This document shows, one piece after another, positions 52,163 through 62,431 of a DNA stretch of 64,000 bases. A model generated the notes under the pieces. That model was not told the DNA's origin and did no database searches. It saw nothing but the letters and a program-made list of their open reading frames with translations. Within the stretch, counting starts at the first letter, position 1; each line of letters begins with the position of its first letter. A program made the position numbers and the translations under genes. The stretch lies in NCBI GenBank assembly GCA_009859145.1, contig VRVR01000062.1:62001-126000 (forward strand), given 5' to 3'. Origin of the DNA: Andalucia godoyi And28 (taxonomy: Eukaryota; Protista; Jakobida).

Positions 52163-52250
52163 TCTGTTTTTTTCTTCCCCTTCTTCTTTTATTGTTTTTG
52201 TTTTTGTTGTTGTACATATTCACTTTATATAAATCCACAACTGGGTTACA

Positions 52251-55200
52251 TTAAAAGCGTTTCTTTGAAGCTCGAGACGCGCCGGCACCACTCGATTGCC
52301 GACTCTCAACATCGGCCAGGATGAATTCCGAATGAATGCTGTCTGGATAACTGGCGGAAGCACCCTGAGATTTGCGGGCCTTCTCTTTCGCCGTCCGCCG
52401 AGGAACGCTCGGAGGCAAGGGCGACGAACTTCCTTGTCGATGCTCGATGTCGGGTAGCAACGCTTCTGGCACAGCACCGCGATCATTTCCTTTTCTCGAG
52501 TTCGTACGGCGCGGCGAGATGGAAGAAGATCTTGGGGTCCGAGATTCAACGTCTGCCAACAGCAAATCAACAGAGCTCATGTTCGACGAGGATTCTGCAG
52601 GACCAAGTTGGTGAGAAGACGTCGAACGTGTTCTGGACTGCATTGGTTCAAACAAGAACGAGGCACCTCGACCGCTGCTTCTACCAGAAGATAGCTGTCT
52701 TGCAGTGATAATGCCAGCCGCATGCAGAGCGCTTGGAGATGCGGAGCGGGCCGATTCCGACTTCCACTCCACAGACGGTGCCATTGTCTTGGATTGGGAT
52801 ACTGCGCGAACGGATGCACTCATGTCGGATCCATTCGTCTGCGAGACCGCGGCTGAACGGCGACTAAAGTGCACTTGGTTCTCCATTTGGGGCGCAGCAA
52901 CTGACACCGCTGGGCTCATTTTCTGCAGAATGTCCGCATAGCCTGGCGCAATTGGTGTGCTTGCGAACGAAACCGTCCGATGTTTGGCACGTCGAGGCTT
53001 TGCGTTTGCATTCTCATCAGTCGGGTGCTGGATCTCGCCACCATCGTTGTTGTCCGACACCTCGACAATCCTATCAGGTGCATCCACCTGCGCAGTAGAA
53101 TGGCACTGGAACGCATCGACGCTGATTTCAGAAGCAGCACCGAAGTGTACAGCCGCGGGGGGACTACATCGACCGTGAGACGTTGGAGCTGAGACATTGA
53201 CTCCGTGATCAGTAGAAGCAAAGTTATTGCCATCGTGTATCATCAAGGGCTCCTTGCCTACAGCAAAATCATGCGTGGCACCATCTTGTAAAGCAATTTC
53301 CGGTGCAAGTGGCGGGACTGCAGGAGAATCGAGCGTGTGTTGATCGATCGGCTCAAGCCGGTCATTGGCGCAGCACACAGGACGCTCGGGGCTGTCGCCG
53401 TTGTCCACAGACGACGACACCAATAACGACGATGGTGGTGACGATGATGATGACAGTGACAATGGACCAACAACATCACGGTGCAATCCTTGTTGCTCCG
53501 GTGGAGTGGTCTCCACCGCTTCCACCAATTTCACCTTGCAATCTGTGTGCTTAGAGCCTATCAGCGGAAGAACTGCAGCAGAGCCCTTGATCCAAGATGC
53601 GACCTTCTGCCGAGGATCTGCGCCGTTTGGCAATGCCCCATCAATCTGCAAGCCGGGTACGGACAGTCTCAGCTTGCTGTTCGGCGCCGATGCTGTTTGC
53701 TTCTGCGATTCAAATACATCCACCAGCAACATGGCACTGGGACTGAAGGTCTTGGGTGCTGCCAACATCGAGGGTCGCTTGTGGGCTGCGGGTGCAGCAA
53801 ACGCGAGTCCTGCAGCATCTGTCAAGCTGTCGTCATCCGCAAGTCGTGGCCCACGCCGACTTCCGGGCAGGAGAGCAGGTCTCAAACCATTACTACCAAA
53901 CAGAGGATTGGACGGCACCATGCTGACGTCCGATGTGCTGTCCGGAGTTGCGGTCGTGCTGGCACCATCTGATGGCACTAACTTGATCCCAAGCACCTCC
54001 GATTTCTTCCTTGCTTTCGACTGCATGATCCACCGTTTGGCAACCACAACTTCTTTCAAAAGGGCGGCGAGGTAGAGCGCGAACGAACCCACAGACACAA
54101 TCATTTCAAAAACAGACAGCAATATGTTAATAATCACCTGAACGAACTGACATATGGCCAACGGGAGCGTGACATTCCTTGCAACAATGCTGTCGCGAGA
54201 CAGGCCGATCATAGAATACAATACGCAGCACATCAATGTGTCCAGACTCGAGTTGAAACACGACATGATTTTCCCTCGCCGCTCACTGGACGGCTGATAC
54301 ACCAAAAAGAACATTGAGCGCAGCGCGGAGAAAAGCAGCACAATAGAAAGCTGGACCTCCTGCGAAACAAAATCTAGCGCACCTGCCACAACGAGCGCGG
54401 CATCTACTATGAAAATTGCAAATAAACCAGGATACACAAACCAATTATGACCAAACTCCAGGAATCCCGTATCCCATTTCTTGAGCGTGTGGAACAATTC
54501 CGGACTCATTGTGCGAGTATGTCGCAGAGATCGGATCACCCAAAAATAAGACAAACTCAAATAAATAATGCATACAAAAATGGCTGCAACACTCTCCCAC
54601 AGCGGGCGCTGATCGAAAAACTTGGAAAAAAGAAGCATGATTGAAACAAACACTCCATAGTAGGAACCGAAAAACACTGCAAAATACAGTCCACGGAAGA
54701 AGATCCACGTTTTCGTCGCGAGCTTCAACGACTGCACAGCAATCAAGCAATCTGCGAGGACACGCAGCTTCCAATAGAGCCTGATCATGAACACCAAGTA
54801 CAAGACACCGAGAAAGACAAGGTGGCAACAAGCAATGGCCGAATAAACGAAAACGAGAGAGATGAGCTGGATTATAAACGAACAAGAATACGTGTCCAGC
54901 GTCCCCATCATGTACAGTCTCAGATTGGGATCCGAATCCTGCATACCAGGATCCGGGCTTTCGTCCAAGAAACCAAGCGACTGCAATGGATCCGTGAGGA
55001 AGGTCAATCGGAACTGGAAGGACGCAATGTTCGTTGCCTGTACGAATTCAATGTACCACACAGGGAAGTTAATCCTCAAGCAAGCCATCCGCGTGATGGC
55101 CTGGACCGCATCAAAAAGACTGATTGCGCCGCCGCTGGAGGATACGGACGCCCCAACGGTGGTTCCTGCAACGGCTCCTTCCGCAGCGCCCCCTCCGACA

Positions 55201-58200
55201 GCGCCCCCTGGAAGTGCAGCCGGCGGATCTCGGAGCGAATTGGGATTCACAAACGTCGAGCAGCTCGAGTCTGTCCATTGCGCATCGCAGACGCAGGAAT
55301 GCCCGTCGGAGCTGCAGGAACCATGCCCCGAGCACGATGACGCACGAGAACAAAAGACATTGCAGGAATTTCCATAAAAATTCACGCTGCAATTGACGCA
55401 GTACGGCCCTGCAAACATGCCCCCGCAGATACAAGATCCGTTCCCAGACATGCCATCCCTGCATGTTCCTCCGTTCCAACAAGAAGGACATATCGTGCAG
55501 TTCGGACCAAAAAACCCCGAAGAACACACGGAACACGAATTCGACGCCGGTCCGGGAGTAGAAAATCCTAAAGGACAGACAGAGCAGCGATAAGAAGTAT
55601 GTGAATTGGAAACCGCTCCAACAGAACACGGGACACAGGACGATTGGGTGAGATCCGGTTCATAGCCATCGGCACACACTTGACAAGAAGGATAATCAGT
55701 GCGATTTGCACCAGAAATCCGGTTGATTGGACACAGTACACAGCTTGCACGGAATAGGTCCGAGCCAAATCCTGCTGGACAGGGGCTGCACATGTGCAAA
55801 CTCGAAGAATTCGAATACCACCCAGGCGAACAGGGCCTGCAGTGTGATCCATCCGCGGAAGGTTCGTATCCGTTCGGACACATGGTGCACAAATGTTGTA
55901 CAGTGTCATTCGAGTATGTACCCAAAGGGCATTTGGCGCAGATTGATCTGGACGCCGACGGCTCATGACCGTCGTCGCAAGACACGCACACGTAGCCAGA
56001 AGTAGCATTGCTGAATGTCCCCACAACGCACGGGTCGCAGCCCGAAAAGCTGGCAGAAGGTTGCGTTCCAGCAGGGCAATATTTGCACAAGAATCCACTT
56101 GAAGAGTTGCTGTACATTCCGGGTGCACACGCTACGCACGCACGCTGGTCGGTGTTCGGCTGAGTGCCGTCTGTACAATATGTGCAATGGTATGCCACGG
56201 ATGCATTCGAAAATCTTCCGCTGAAGCACGGCACGCAGTGGTCTAAGGACGACGACGACTCGTGGCCGTCTGGACACTGGACGCACGTCCATGCTGTAGA
56301 TGAATTCACAAACTGTCCTGATTGGCACGGAACGCAAGCTGCGCGATCTGAGGATGAAGCATATCCAACAGAACATGAGGTGCACGAAAAGGCAGTACTT
56401 GCATTGGAATAATATCCAGCTGGGCAAGGAATGCAAACAGATCTGTCCTCCGATGGTTCGCTCCCAGTTGGGCACGGCGAACACAAAAAACCAGTCGACG
56501 AGTTGGAAAACCGGCCCGATGCACAATTGACACAGTGCGAGCGCGACGCATCAGCCTCTGTACCAGGCGGACAAAACTTGCATTCAAACGACACTGTCGC
56601 ATTTGAGAATTTCCCTGCAGTGCATTCGCGACAACTTGAGAACGGCCCAAAGGGCTCATGTCCAAGAGGACAGCTTTCGCACATAAAGGATGTGCTGAAG
56701 TTGCTGTACTTCCCGTTGTCGCATGGCGCACACGCATCACGTCCCATTGACGGTTCACTTCCCGACGGACACGAGACACACACGTTGCTTGTCGACGAGT
56801 TCGCGTACTGGCCCGTGGAGCAGACGGCACACCCCGACTGACCCGTGTTCGGCTGCGTGCCCGACGGACACGAGACACACACGTTGCTTGTCGACGAGTT
56901 CGCGTACTGGCCCGTGGAGCAGACGGCACACCCCGACTGACCCGTGTTCGGCTGCGTGCCCGACGGACACGAGACACACACGTTGCTTGTCGACGAGTTC
57001 GAGTACTGGCCGACGCCACAAGGCAGGCAAGCGTCACGTACGGGGCTCTTGCTCTCCTCCCCATCCGGGCAACTGATGCACAAGAGCGCCGTCGTTGAAT
57101 TGGAATACGTGCCGATTGCACAATCCATGCACGAACCCCTGCCTGGTGCAGATGTCTGTCCAGCAGGACATGCGGTGCACTGAAAATGCGAGGACGAATT
57201 AGAGTACTGCCCATTCGCACATGCAACGCACGACACAGCACTCGTTGCGTTGAGGAACGCTGTTGAGAATCCCGGATCACACGGAGTGCAATATGGATAA
57301 GTACCACTGAGAGCGAGCGAGGTATTCCTCCAGTAGCCAAGCCTGCATATTTGTGTTGGGACTGTCGCCTGGCCGAGGAAGCTGCAAATGTCCATTGCAG
57401 ATACATAGAGAACGTATTCGCCTGGTGCAATGCCCGACAGTGTTATAGTCTGTGCATTTGAGGACAGCGTAAAATTCAACATTGCGACAACCACACTCCC
57501 ATTCTCAGAGTCAACGAGCGATAGGTTCCAAGCCATCTGCGAAAAAGACGAATACTGTTCAAGGGATCCAGCAAACGAGACGAGAATGGAATTGATACTG
57601 TTCTGGAATGCCGAAACAACAAGTGTGGGTCCCTTTGCGGGTGAAATCGCCATTTGAATGGAGTACCGGTCCGCCACCGATCCACCAGGGTTCGGCGATG
57701 GTCCAGACCGCGCTACAGCAACCGGATCTCTCTGAATGGAAAACTGGATTCCAGAAAACAGCTGGTCACGAGAAAGAAAATAATAGTTTGATGATGCAGA
57801 TTCCTCGTAGCCCGTGAACGAGTGGATCCTCACTCCGGTGACATATGCCGACATGGACGAGTACTGGATGAGCAAAGTGTATGGATTTTGCAGCGGCGAG
57901 CTAACAGATTCGAGCGCTGCGCCGTCTGTTTTTGTTGTTGCCCACGAAAACGTAAGCTTTGCATACGAGGCATTTGTCTTGGAAGCCTCGCCTGCATCAT
58001 CCGACAGGGAGATTGAGAATGGGTACGAACTATTGAACGGCGGTGAGAAATACATGAACCCGTTTGCCAACCGAGTTCCCGTCGTTGTGTCTGTTGCTCT
58101 GGACAATATATGTACAAGTCCGAGTGTGTCTGTTGAGGCCGTATATGTAAACCCGAAGACCGCAACATCGAATCCAGAAATCGGCGCGTTGGAAAGTGAT

Positions 58201-58388
58201 CCAGCATAATTGTAATAGTTTGCCGCAGTCCGATTGCCGATGTCCGCCGCATAGATCGGAACCGACGACGCATTCAAACACAGCAGTGCATCCACGCGCA
58301 TCACATGACGGTCAACACCAAGCGCCAGAAAAAACGCAATATGTACAATAAACAAGCTTTTCCAAGGACGCCACTGCAGCACGCTCAT
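52251..58388 (-). CDS. Large cell-surface multi-pass membrane protein: signal peptide, Cys-rich (GCC2/ephrin-receptor-like) repeats, EGF-like modules, ~7-8 TM helices, long cytoplasmic tail
   Basis: Hydrophobic N-terminus (SLFIVHIAFFLALGV); many CxxCxxGxYSNxS...CxxC repeats; CWNGGTCRDG..GNGSCICGGMFAGPYC and CSGHGSC...CVCDAQWTDSSC; then a cluster of hydrophobic helices. ATG at 58388. Confidence 0.88.
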   Translation of the reverse strand: MSVLQWRPWKSLFIVHIAFFLALGVDRHVMRVDALLCLNASSVPIYAADIGNRTAANYYNYAGSLSNAPISGFDVAVFGFTYTASTDTLGLVHILSRATDTTTGTRLANGFMYFSPPFNSSYPFSISLSDDAGEASKTNASYAKLTFSWATTKTDGAALESVSSPLQNPYTLLIQYSSMSAYVTGVRIHSFTGYEESASSNYYFLSRDQLFSGIQFSIQRDPVAVARSGPSPNPGGSVADRYSIQMAISPAKGPTLVVSAFQNSINSILVSFAGSLEQYSSFSQMAWNLSLVDSENGSVVVAMLNFTLSSNAQTITLSGIAPGEYVLYVSAMDICSFLGQATVPTQICRLGYWRNTSLALSGTYPYCTPCDPGFSTAFLNATSAVSCVACANGQYSNSSSHFQCTACPAGQTSAPGRGSCMDCAIGTYSNSTTALLCISCPDGEESKSPVRDACLPCGVGQYSNSSTSNVCVSCPSGTQPNTGQSGCAVCSTGQYANSSTSNVCVSCPSGTQPNTGQSGCAVCSTGQYANSSTSNVCVSCPSGSEPSMGRDACAPCDNGKYSNFSTSFMCESCPLGHEPFGPFSSCRECTAGKFSNATVSFECKFCPPGTEADASRSHCVNCASGRFSNSSTGFLCSPCPTGSEPSEDRSVCIPCPAGYYSNASTAFSCTSCSVGYASSSDRAACVPCQSGQFVNSSTAWTCVQCPDGHESSSSLDHCVPCFSGRFSNASVAYHCTYCTDGTQPNTDQRACVACAPGMYSNSSSGFLCKYCPAGTQPSASFSGCDPCVVGTFSNATSGYVCVSCDDGHEPSASRSICAKCPLGTYSNDTVQHLCTMCPNGYEPSADGSHCRPCSPGWYSNSSSLHMCSPCPAGFGSDLFRASCVLCPINRISGANRTDYPSCQVCADGYEPDLTQSSCVPCSVGAVSNSHTSYRCSVCPLGFSTPGPASNSCSVCSSGFFGPNCTICPSCWNGGTCRDGMSGNGSCICGGMFAGPYCVNCSVNFYGNSCNVFCSRASSCSGHGSCSSDGHSCVCDAQWTDSSCSTFVNPNSLRDPPAALPGGAVGGGAAEGAVAGTTVGASVSSSGGAISLFDAVQAITRMACLRINFPVWYIEFVQATNIASFQFRLTFLTDPLQSLGFLDESPDPGMQDSDPNLRLYMMGTLDTYSCSFIIQLISLVFVYSAIACCHLVFLGVLYLVFMIRLYWKLRVLADCLIAVQSLKLATKTWIFFRGLYFAVFFGSYYGVFVSIMLLFSKFFDQRPLWESVAAIFVCIIYLSLSYFWVIRSLRHTRTMSPELFHTLKKWDTGFLEFGHNWFVYPGLFAIFIVDAALVVAGALDFVSQEVQLSIVLLFSALRSMFFLVYQPSSERRGKIMSCFNSSLDTLMCCVLYSMIGLSRDSIVARNVTLPLAICQFVQVIINILLSVFEMIVSVGSFALYLAALLKEVVVAKRWIMQSKARKKSEVLGIKLVPSDGASTTATPDSTSDVSMVPSNPLFGSNGLRPALLPGSRRGPRLADDDSLTDAAGLAFAAPAAHKRPSMLAAPKTFSPSAMLLVDVFESQKQTASAPNSKLRLSVPGLQIDGALPNGADPRQKVASWIKGSAAVLPLIGSKHTDCKVKLVEAVETTPPEQQGLHRDVVGPLSLSSSSSPPSSLLVSSSVDNGDSPERPVCCANDRLEPIDQHTLDSPAVPPLAPEIALQDGATHDFAVGKEPLMIHDGNNFASTDHGVNVSAPTSHGRCSPPAAVHFGAASEISVDAFQCHSTAQVDAPDRIVEVSDNNDGGEIQHPTDENANAKPRRAKHRTVSFASTPIAPGYADILQKMSPAVSVAAPQMENQVHFSRRSAAVSQTNGSDMSASVRAVSQSKTMAPSVEWKSESARSASPSALHAAGIITARQLSSGRSSGRGASFLFEPMQSRTRSTSSHQLGPAESSSNMSSVDLLLADVESRTPRSSSISPRRTNSRKGNDRGAVPEALLPDIEHRQGSSSPLPPSVPRRTAKEKARKSQGASASYPDSIHSEFILADVESRQSSGAGASRASKKRF
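56761..57001. repeat. Perfect 99-bp (33-codon) internal tandem duplication, about 2.4 copies, inside the surface-protein gene
   Basis: CCCGACGGACACGAGACACACACG... starts at 56761, 56860 and 56959. The copies are nucleotide-identical including third codon positions. Confidence 0.95.
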
Positions 58389-58398
58389 CGTCTTCTCA

Positions 58399-58440
<42 letters not shown>

Positions 58441-58922
58441 GATCAATATTGTTCTTTTTCTTTTTTCTTCTTCTTCTCCCGCAGCACAGAGGCACAAGGT
58501 GAATATGCGTATGTATGCACTCGATTGTGTAAACTGCGAATTAAAAAACAATGACGAATGAAAAGAATGAAAAATAGGAGATGAAATGAAGAAATGTTTT
58601 GAAATGAACAGCAGACGGAAAGAAGGCGGACAATGCGCCGAACACGCAGGATTGATGGGATTGACGGCTGGTCACTTCGGGAAACAGGAATGATGGACAT
58701 TCCCGAATCTCCCGACAGCAAGAAAAGATCCGGCATTGGAAAAAAGTATAACAGCGTTTTAACGACTTTTCAACTGGTTGTAATCGCTTCCTAATCGACC
58801 TCTCAAATTAAGCAGGCTCACGGATGATGGATCCAAAACCAAAACCTCTAAACTCCAAGCCCAAACAGAATCGAACAGAATCAAAAAGCAGAATCAAAAC
58901 AGAAAACAGAGCAGACACAGGA

Positions 58923-59690
58923 ATGGGCAAGTTGCGTCAGGTGGGCTACTCGGTGTCTCCGCCCGTGTTTCATTTCATCTATATTGACGAGTCGTCTCGC
59001 AAGCTTCGTGATCGGCGCATTTCGATTCATGCGCCGACGCTCCCGAGTGCGTTGCAGCTCATTCCCGAGCGTCTGAGTGCTGCACTCTATGAAAAACACG
59101 CAGATGTCCTCGGTGCTTCTTTGTACTCTCCTGCCCGCCTGCTGTCCATGGTGACGCGCTTCCGCACTGCTCTCGTTGAACGGTACTCTGCTTCCACAGT
59201 TGCATCATCATCATCATCATCATCGTTGTCGTCGGCGGCGGTGGGAGTGGGAGCATCGACAGGGGCAGGAAAGAAGATGCATGAACTTGACGAGTCGGAA
59301 TCGGTGAATTCGAGCATGGCCGACGATAATGGTGCTGATGGAGATGCTGGCCACCGGCACACACAGGACAGAGGGTTGGACAAGAAGGGAAAGACCATGC
59401 ATTCGACTCTTTTCCAGAATCTCGAGATTTCATTCGACGACAACGACAACAACGATGACAACGACAACAACGACGACAACGACAATGACGACGGCGGCAT
59501 GATCGACGGGGACTTGAATAGGGTGTCCGAGGCCGAGCTGCAGCATGCAAAGAAAAAGATGGAGCGCGCATTCGTGATGAATCAGCGCAAGCCCGGAGAT
59601 CCTGGATTCGAGTATGATGTGCGGCGTGAGTTTGCGCCACGAGAAAAGTCTGAGTGGGACAGCGACGACGACGACGATGACAAGTTCTAA
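58923..59690 (+). CDS. CEP19: Centrosomal/ciliary base protein CEP19 homologue
   Basis: N-terminal LRQVGYSVSPPVFHFIYIDESSRKLRDRRISI and C-terminal DGDLNRVSEAELQHAKKKMERAFVMNQRKPGDPGFEYDVRREF...SEWD match CEP19 (DLNKL...EL...K..MD..FEKN.....DP.FVYD..VEF). Confidence 0.85.
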   Translation: MGKLRQVGYSVSPPVFHFIYIDESSRKLRDRRISIHAPTLPSALQLIPERLSAALYEKHADVLGASLYSPARLLSMVTRFRTALVERYSASTVASSSSSSSLSSAAVGVGASTGAGKKMHELDESESVNSSMADDNGADGDAGHRHTQDRGLDKKGKTMHSTLFQNLEISFDDNDNNDDNDNNDDNDNDDGGMIDGDLNRVSEAELQHAKKKMERAFVMNQRKPGDPGFEYDVRREFAPREKSEWDSDDDDDDKF

Positions 59691-59749
59691 TGCCGAGCGA
59701 TAACATGGCAGGAAAAATAATTTACTGATGGTTTCTTGTGAATCACGGA

Positions 59750-61486
59750 TCACGAGGTGGACGACCCAGTGATAACTACTTCTCGTGCAGGTGCACGGAG
59801 ATTATAGAAGGACGACATGACACGGCCATACGCCCCTGCATTGGCGATGCACAACACATCTCCTGGTCGTGTGTCTGCCAAATCCGTTCTTTTGAACCCG
59901 ATCACATCCCCTGTCTCGCATATCGGTCCCACCACATCCACTACCGCCACTGCCAGTTCAAGCTCCCGTTCCCGTTGCTGTTGCGGTTTTTCCTTGGAAT
60001 GACGAAGAAGGGAGGACAGATTGACAATGTTGTGATGGGCATTGTACAACGCAGGTCGAATGAGACTGTTCATCCCAGCATCGATTCCCACAAATGCTCT
60101 GTCGCCCTTCTGTTTCACCTGGGTGACCGTGGCCAGCAATATTCCTGCATCCGAGCACACAAATCGCCCCGGCTCCATCCAAATTTGCAACTTCTTCTTC
60201 TGCCCTCCTTCCCCTGCGCCACCAGCGCCACCGCTCGTTTCTCGTGCACGCTTCCATGCCCGAAGACCCTCTGCAAGGTCATCGAGGTATGCATCTCCCG
60301 CATCAATTCCCAGTCCACCACCAATGTCGATGCTTGCGACATCCGGAAGGAGGCCCGAATCGACGAGTGCCGCTAGAGTCGTTGCCGAGTTGATCCAGAA
60401 CTGCGGGTCCGTGACGCCAGACCCCACGTGGGCATGAAGCCCCGTGATAGTGCACCCAATCGCCGCACACTCTCGCACCACCCGTTCCAACCCTGCATCT
60501 CCTCCGTCCTCTCCCGCGTCGATGCTGATCCCGAACTTGGACTGCTTGCCAGCCGTGCGCACTTTTTCATGGTGTCCAGCACCCTGGCCACCCGGATCCA
60601 GGCGCAGAACGAGGCCGCGCCGGCCCGCAAAGACCTCGGGATACTCGAGCAGCGGACCACAATTGTCGAGCGTCACATGCACTCCAGCCTCAAATGCCCA
60701 CTCGTACTCGCACCGCGCGCAAAAGTTCGGCGTAAACAAGATGCGGCTGCGCTCCAGTTGCGGGAACAGCGCCAGCACATGCCGGATCTCAGCCCACGAG
60801 ACACATTCAAATCCAACGCCGTGCGCTTCAACCTCGGCCAGCAGCGCCGGGTGCCAGTTGGCCTTGAGCGCATAGAACAGGCGGTCGACGGGCATCTTCG
60901 ACGTCAGCTTCTTTAGCTGGTTCGCCACCGTCGGCAAACTGTACACGTACAGCGGCGACGACGCGCTCCCACTGCCACCCACCAGAGCGGCTAGTGCCGA
61001 GGCTGTTTCTGCCGAGGCCGCGTACCACTCGCGCGACGAAGCTTCAAGAGACGCGACAACACTCGTTGACCCGTTGGCGGCCACCGTCAGCACAGCCTGC
61101 AGCGGCGTCGGGCCGTGGCGCGCAATCAGCGAGAGCGTATCTCGCACCGCGGGAGCCAGAAACGGAAGCGAGTCGAAAAATGACGACGACGACGACGACG
61201 ACGACGACGTTGGAATCGGCAGCACTGCAAGAACCCGCCATTCGCTGGGGATCAAACTGTCGTACAAGATAAACCGCACGGTCACTTCTTCAGGCGCTTT
61301 GCCTTGTCCGTCCCCGGCCCCTATCCCAGCCACAGTCGCAGCCACTGCATGGGGGGAAGTGTAGACTACGACGGATTCGCTTTGATCATCACGACTCGGC
61401 CCCGCATACAGAACCGTTGATTCAGGCGGGACACTGCCTAGCACGCTCGAGAGACCTTGTATGGTCGTCCTAATCGCCCATGCCAT
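59750..61486 (-). CDS. lysA: Diaminopimelate decarboxylase of the LysAC (bifunctional AspK/DAPDC) type, with a degenerate ~170-aa N-terminal extension
   Basis: PLYVYSLPTV, LFYALKAN (PLP Lys), FECVS..EI, RILFTPNF, HVTLDN, LRLDPG.G.GHHEKVRTAGKQSKFGI, GLHAHVGSG, IDIGGGLG, WMEPGRF, DAGMNSLIRPALY, VVGPICETGD, NAGAYGRVMSSFYNLR. Confidence 0.93.
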   Translation of the reverse strand: MAWAIRTTIQGLSSVLGSVPPESTVLYAGPSRDDQSESVVVYTSPHAVAATVAGIGAGDGQGKAPEEVTVRFILYDSLIPSEWRVLAVLPIPTSSSSSSSSSFFDSLPFLAPAVRDTLSLIARHGPTPLQAVLTVAANGSTSVVASLEASSREWYAASAETASALAALVGGSGSASSPLYVYSLPTVANQLKKLTSKMPVDRLFYALKANWHPALLAEVEAHGVGFECVSWAEIRHVLALFPQLERSRILFTPNFCARCEYEWAFEAGVHVTLDNCGPLLEYPEVFAGRRGLVLRLDPGGQGAGHHEKVRTAGKQSKFGISIDAGEDGGDAGLERVVRECAAIGCTITGLHAHVGSGVTDPQFWINSATTLAALVDSGLLPDVASIDIGGGLGIDAGDAYLDDLAEGLRAWKRARETSGGAGGAGEGGQKKKLQIWMEPGRFVCSDAGILLATVTQVKQKGDRAFVGIDAGMNSLIRPALYNAHHNIVNLSSLLRHSKEKPQQQRERELELAVAVVDVVGPICETGDVIGFKRTDLADTRPGDVLCIANAGAYGRVMSSFYNLRAPAREVVITGSSTS

Positions 61487-61587
61487 TTATTTTTTCTTTC
61501 TCCCGCTCCCTCCCCAATAAAAATTCCGAGCTGTCCTCTTCCTTTTTGTTGTTGTCTTTCTTGCTGCACCAGCCCCAGCAACAACAG

Positions 61588-61622
<35 letters not shown>

Positions 61623-61714
61623 GCAGGTGCTTGGATGAAGCGAACAGGCAAATCGAATAAGAAAGGAGTGGATGAGTGCGGCTTTTGATGCAACAACACA
61701 GGACGACCTTGATG

Positions 61715-62203
61715 CTACGAAACTACAGTCGCCGATTTCGCGTTGATGCATGTCTTGGCGCCTGCGATGCCGGCGACGAGGGCTGCGACGCCAAGGACGG
61801 GCGATGCGATGCCGTAGACGACGCCGATCGCGACGGCGGATGGACCATCGAGCTCCGGGACCCTGTGGCTGAGGTACATGAGACAACCGTTGGAAAAGGA
61901 CGAGAATGTGGACAGGCCGCCGAGGAACCCTGAGGACAGACCTGCCAGCACGTGCTCCGCCGCCGTCACCGCCGTAACGGACCTGGGGCTCGACGCCGAC
62001 GACGGCAGCAGAATGGATACCCACACTTGATGCAAAGCGCCGATGCAGAACGATGCAAGGATGTTGACGAGAAGGACGGGAACCAGCGGCTGCACCGCGG
62101 GATACGGTCCGAAGAGCAGCATCGCGCCCTGTCGTAGGAGCACTCCTGCGATCCCAAACACTCCGACAAGCAGCAGTCGCCAAGGACTCCACGCACTGTG
62201 CAT
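61715..62203 (-). CDS. crcB: Single-domain Fluc/CrcB fluoride channel
   Basis: LVGVFGIAGVLLRQ (TM1 Gly/Arg motif), VLLVNILASFCIG (TM2 Asn motif), GLSSGFLGGLSTFSSF (TM3 signature), and TM4 YGIASPVLGVAALVAG. ATG at 62203; 162 aa. Confidence 0.88.
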   Translation of the reverse strand: MHSAWSPWRLLLVGVFGIAGVLLRQGAMLLFGPYPAVQPLVPVLLVNILASFCIGALHQVWVSILLPSSASSPRSVTAVTAAEHVLAGLSSGFLGGLSTFSSFSNGCLMYLSHRVPELDGPSAVAIGVVYGIASPVLGVAALVAGIAGAKTCINAKSATVVS

Positions 62204-62431
62204 TCTACTCGACCAACGCCGTCGTCGCCTCCAAAATAAATTTAAGAAAACAAACAAGCAAACAAACACAAACACAACCACAACCACAAACCCATCCGCG
62301 CATCGTGTCTTTTAAAGTGCGCGTTGCCGTTGTTGTGTGGAAGAGCCGGGAAGAGGAAAAGAACAAGGCGCGCATTACAGCAGGTCCTCCGGGTTTTTTT
62401 TTTTAATGGACAAGACGGAGACTTACTTTTT

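Noticed and set aside
56761-57001. Direct repeats as a CRISPR array (also considered for 20624-20705 and 29211-29273)
   Set aside because: The units are contiguous with no unique spacers, there are no cas genes, and the context is eukaryotic coding or UTR sequence.
56306-57430. 374-aa alternative-frame ORF with repeats
   Set aside because: Out-of-frame reading of the Cys-rich repeat region; its repeats simply reflect the 99-bp duplication.
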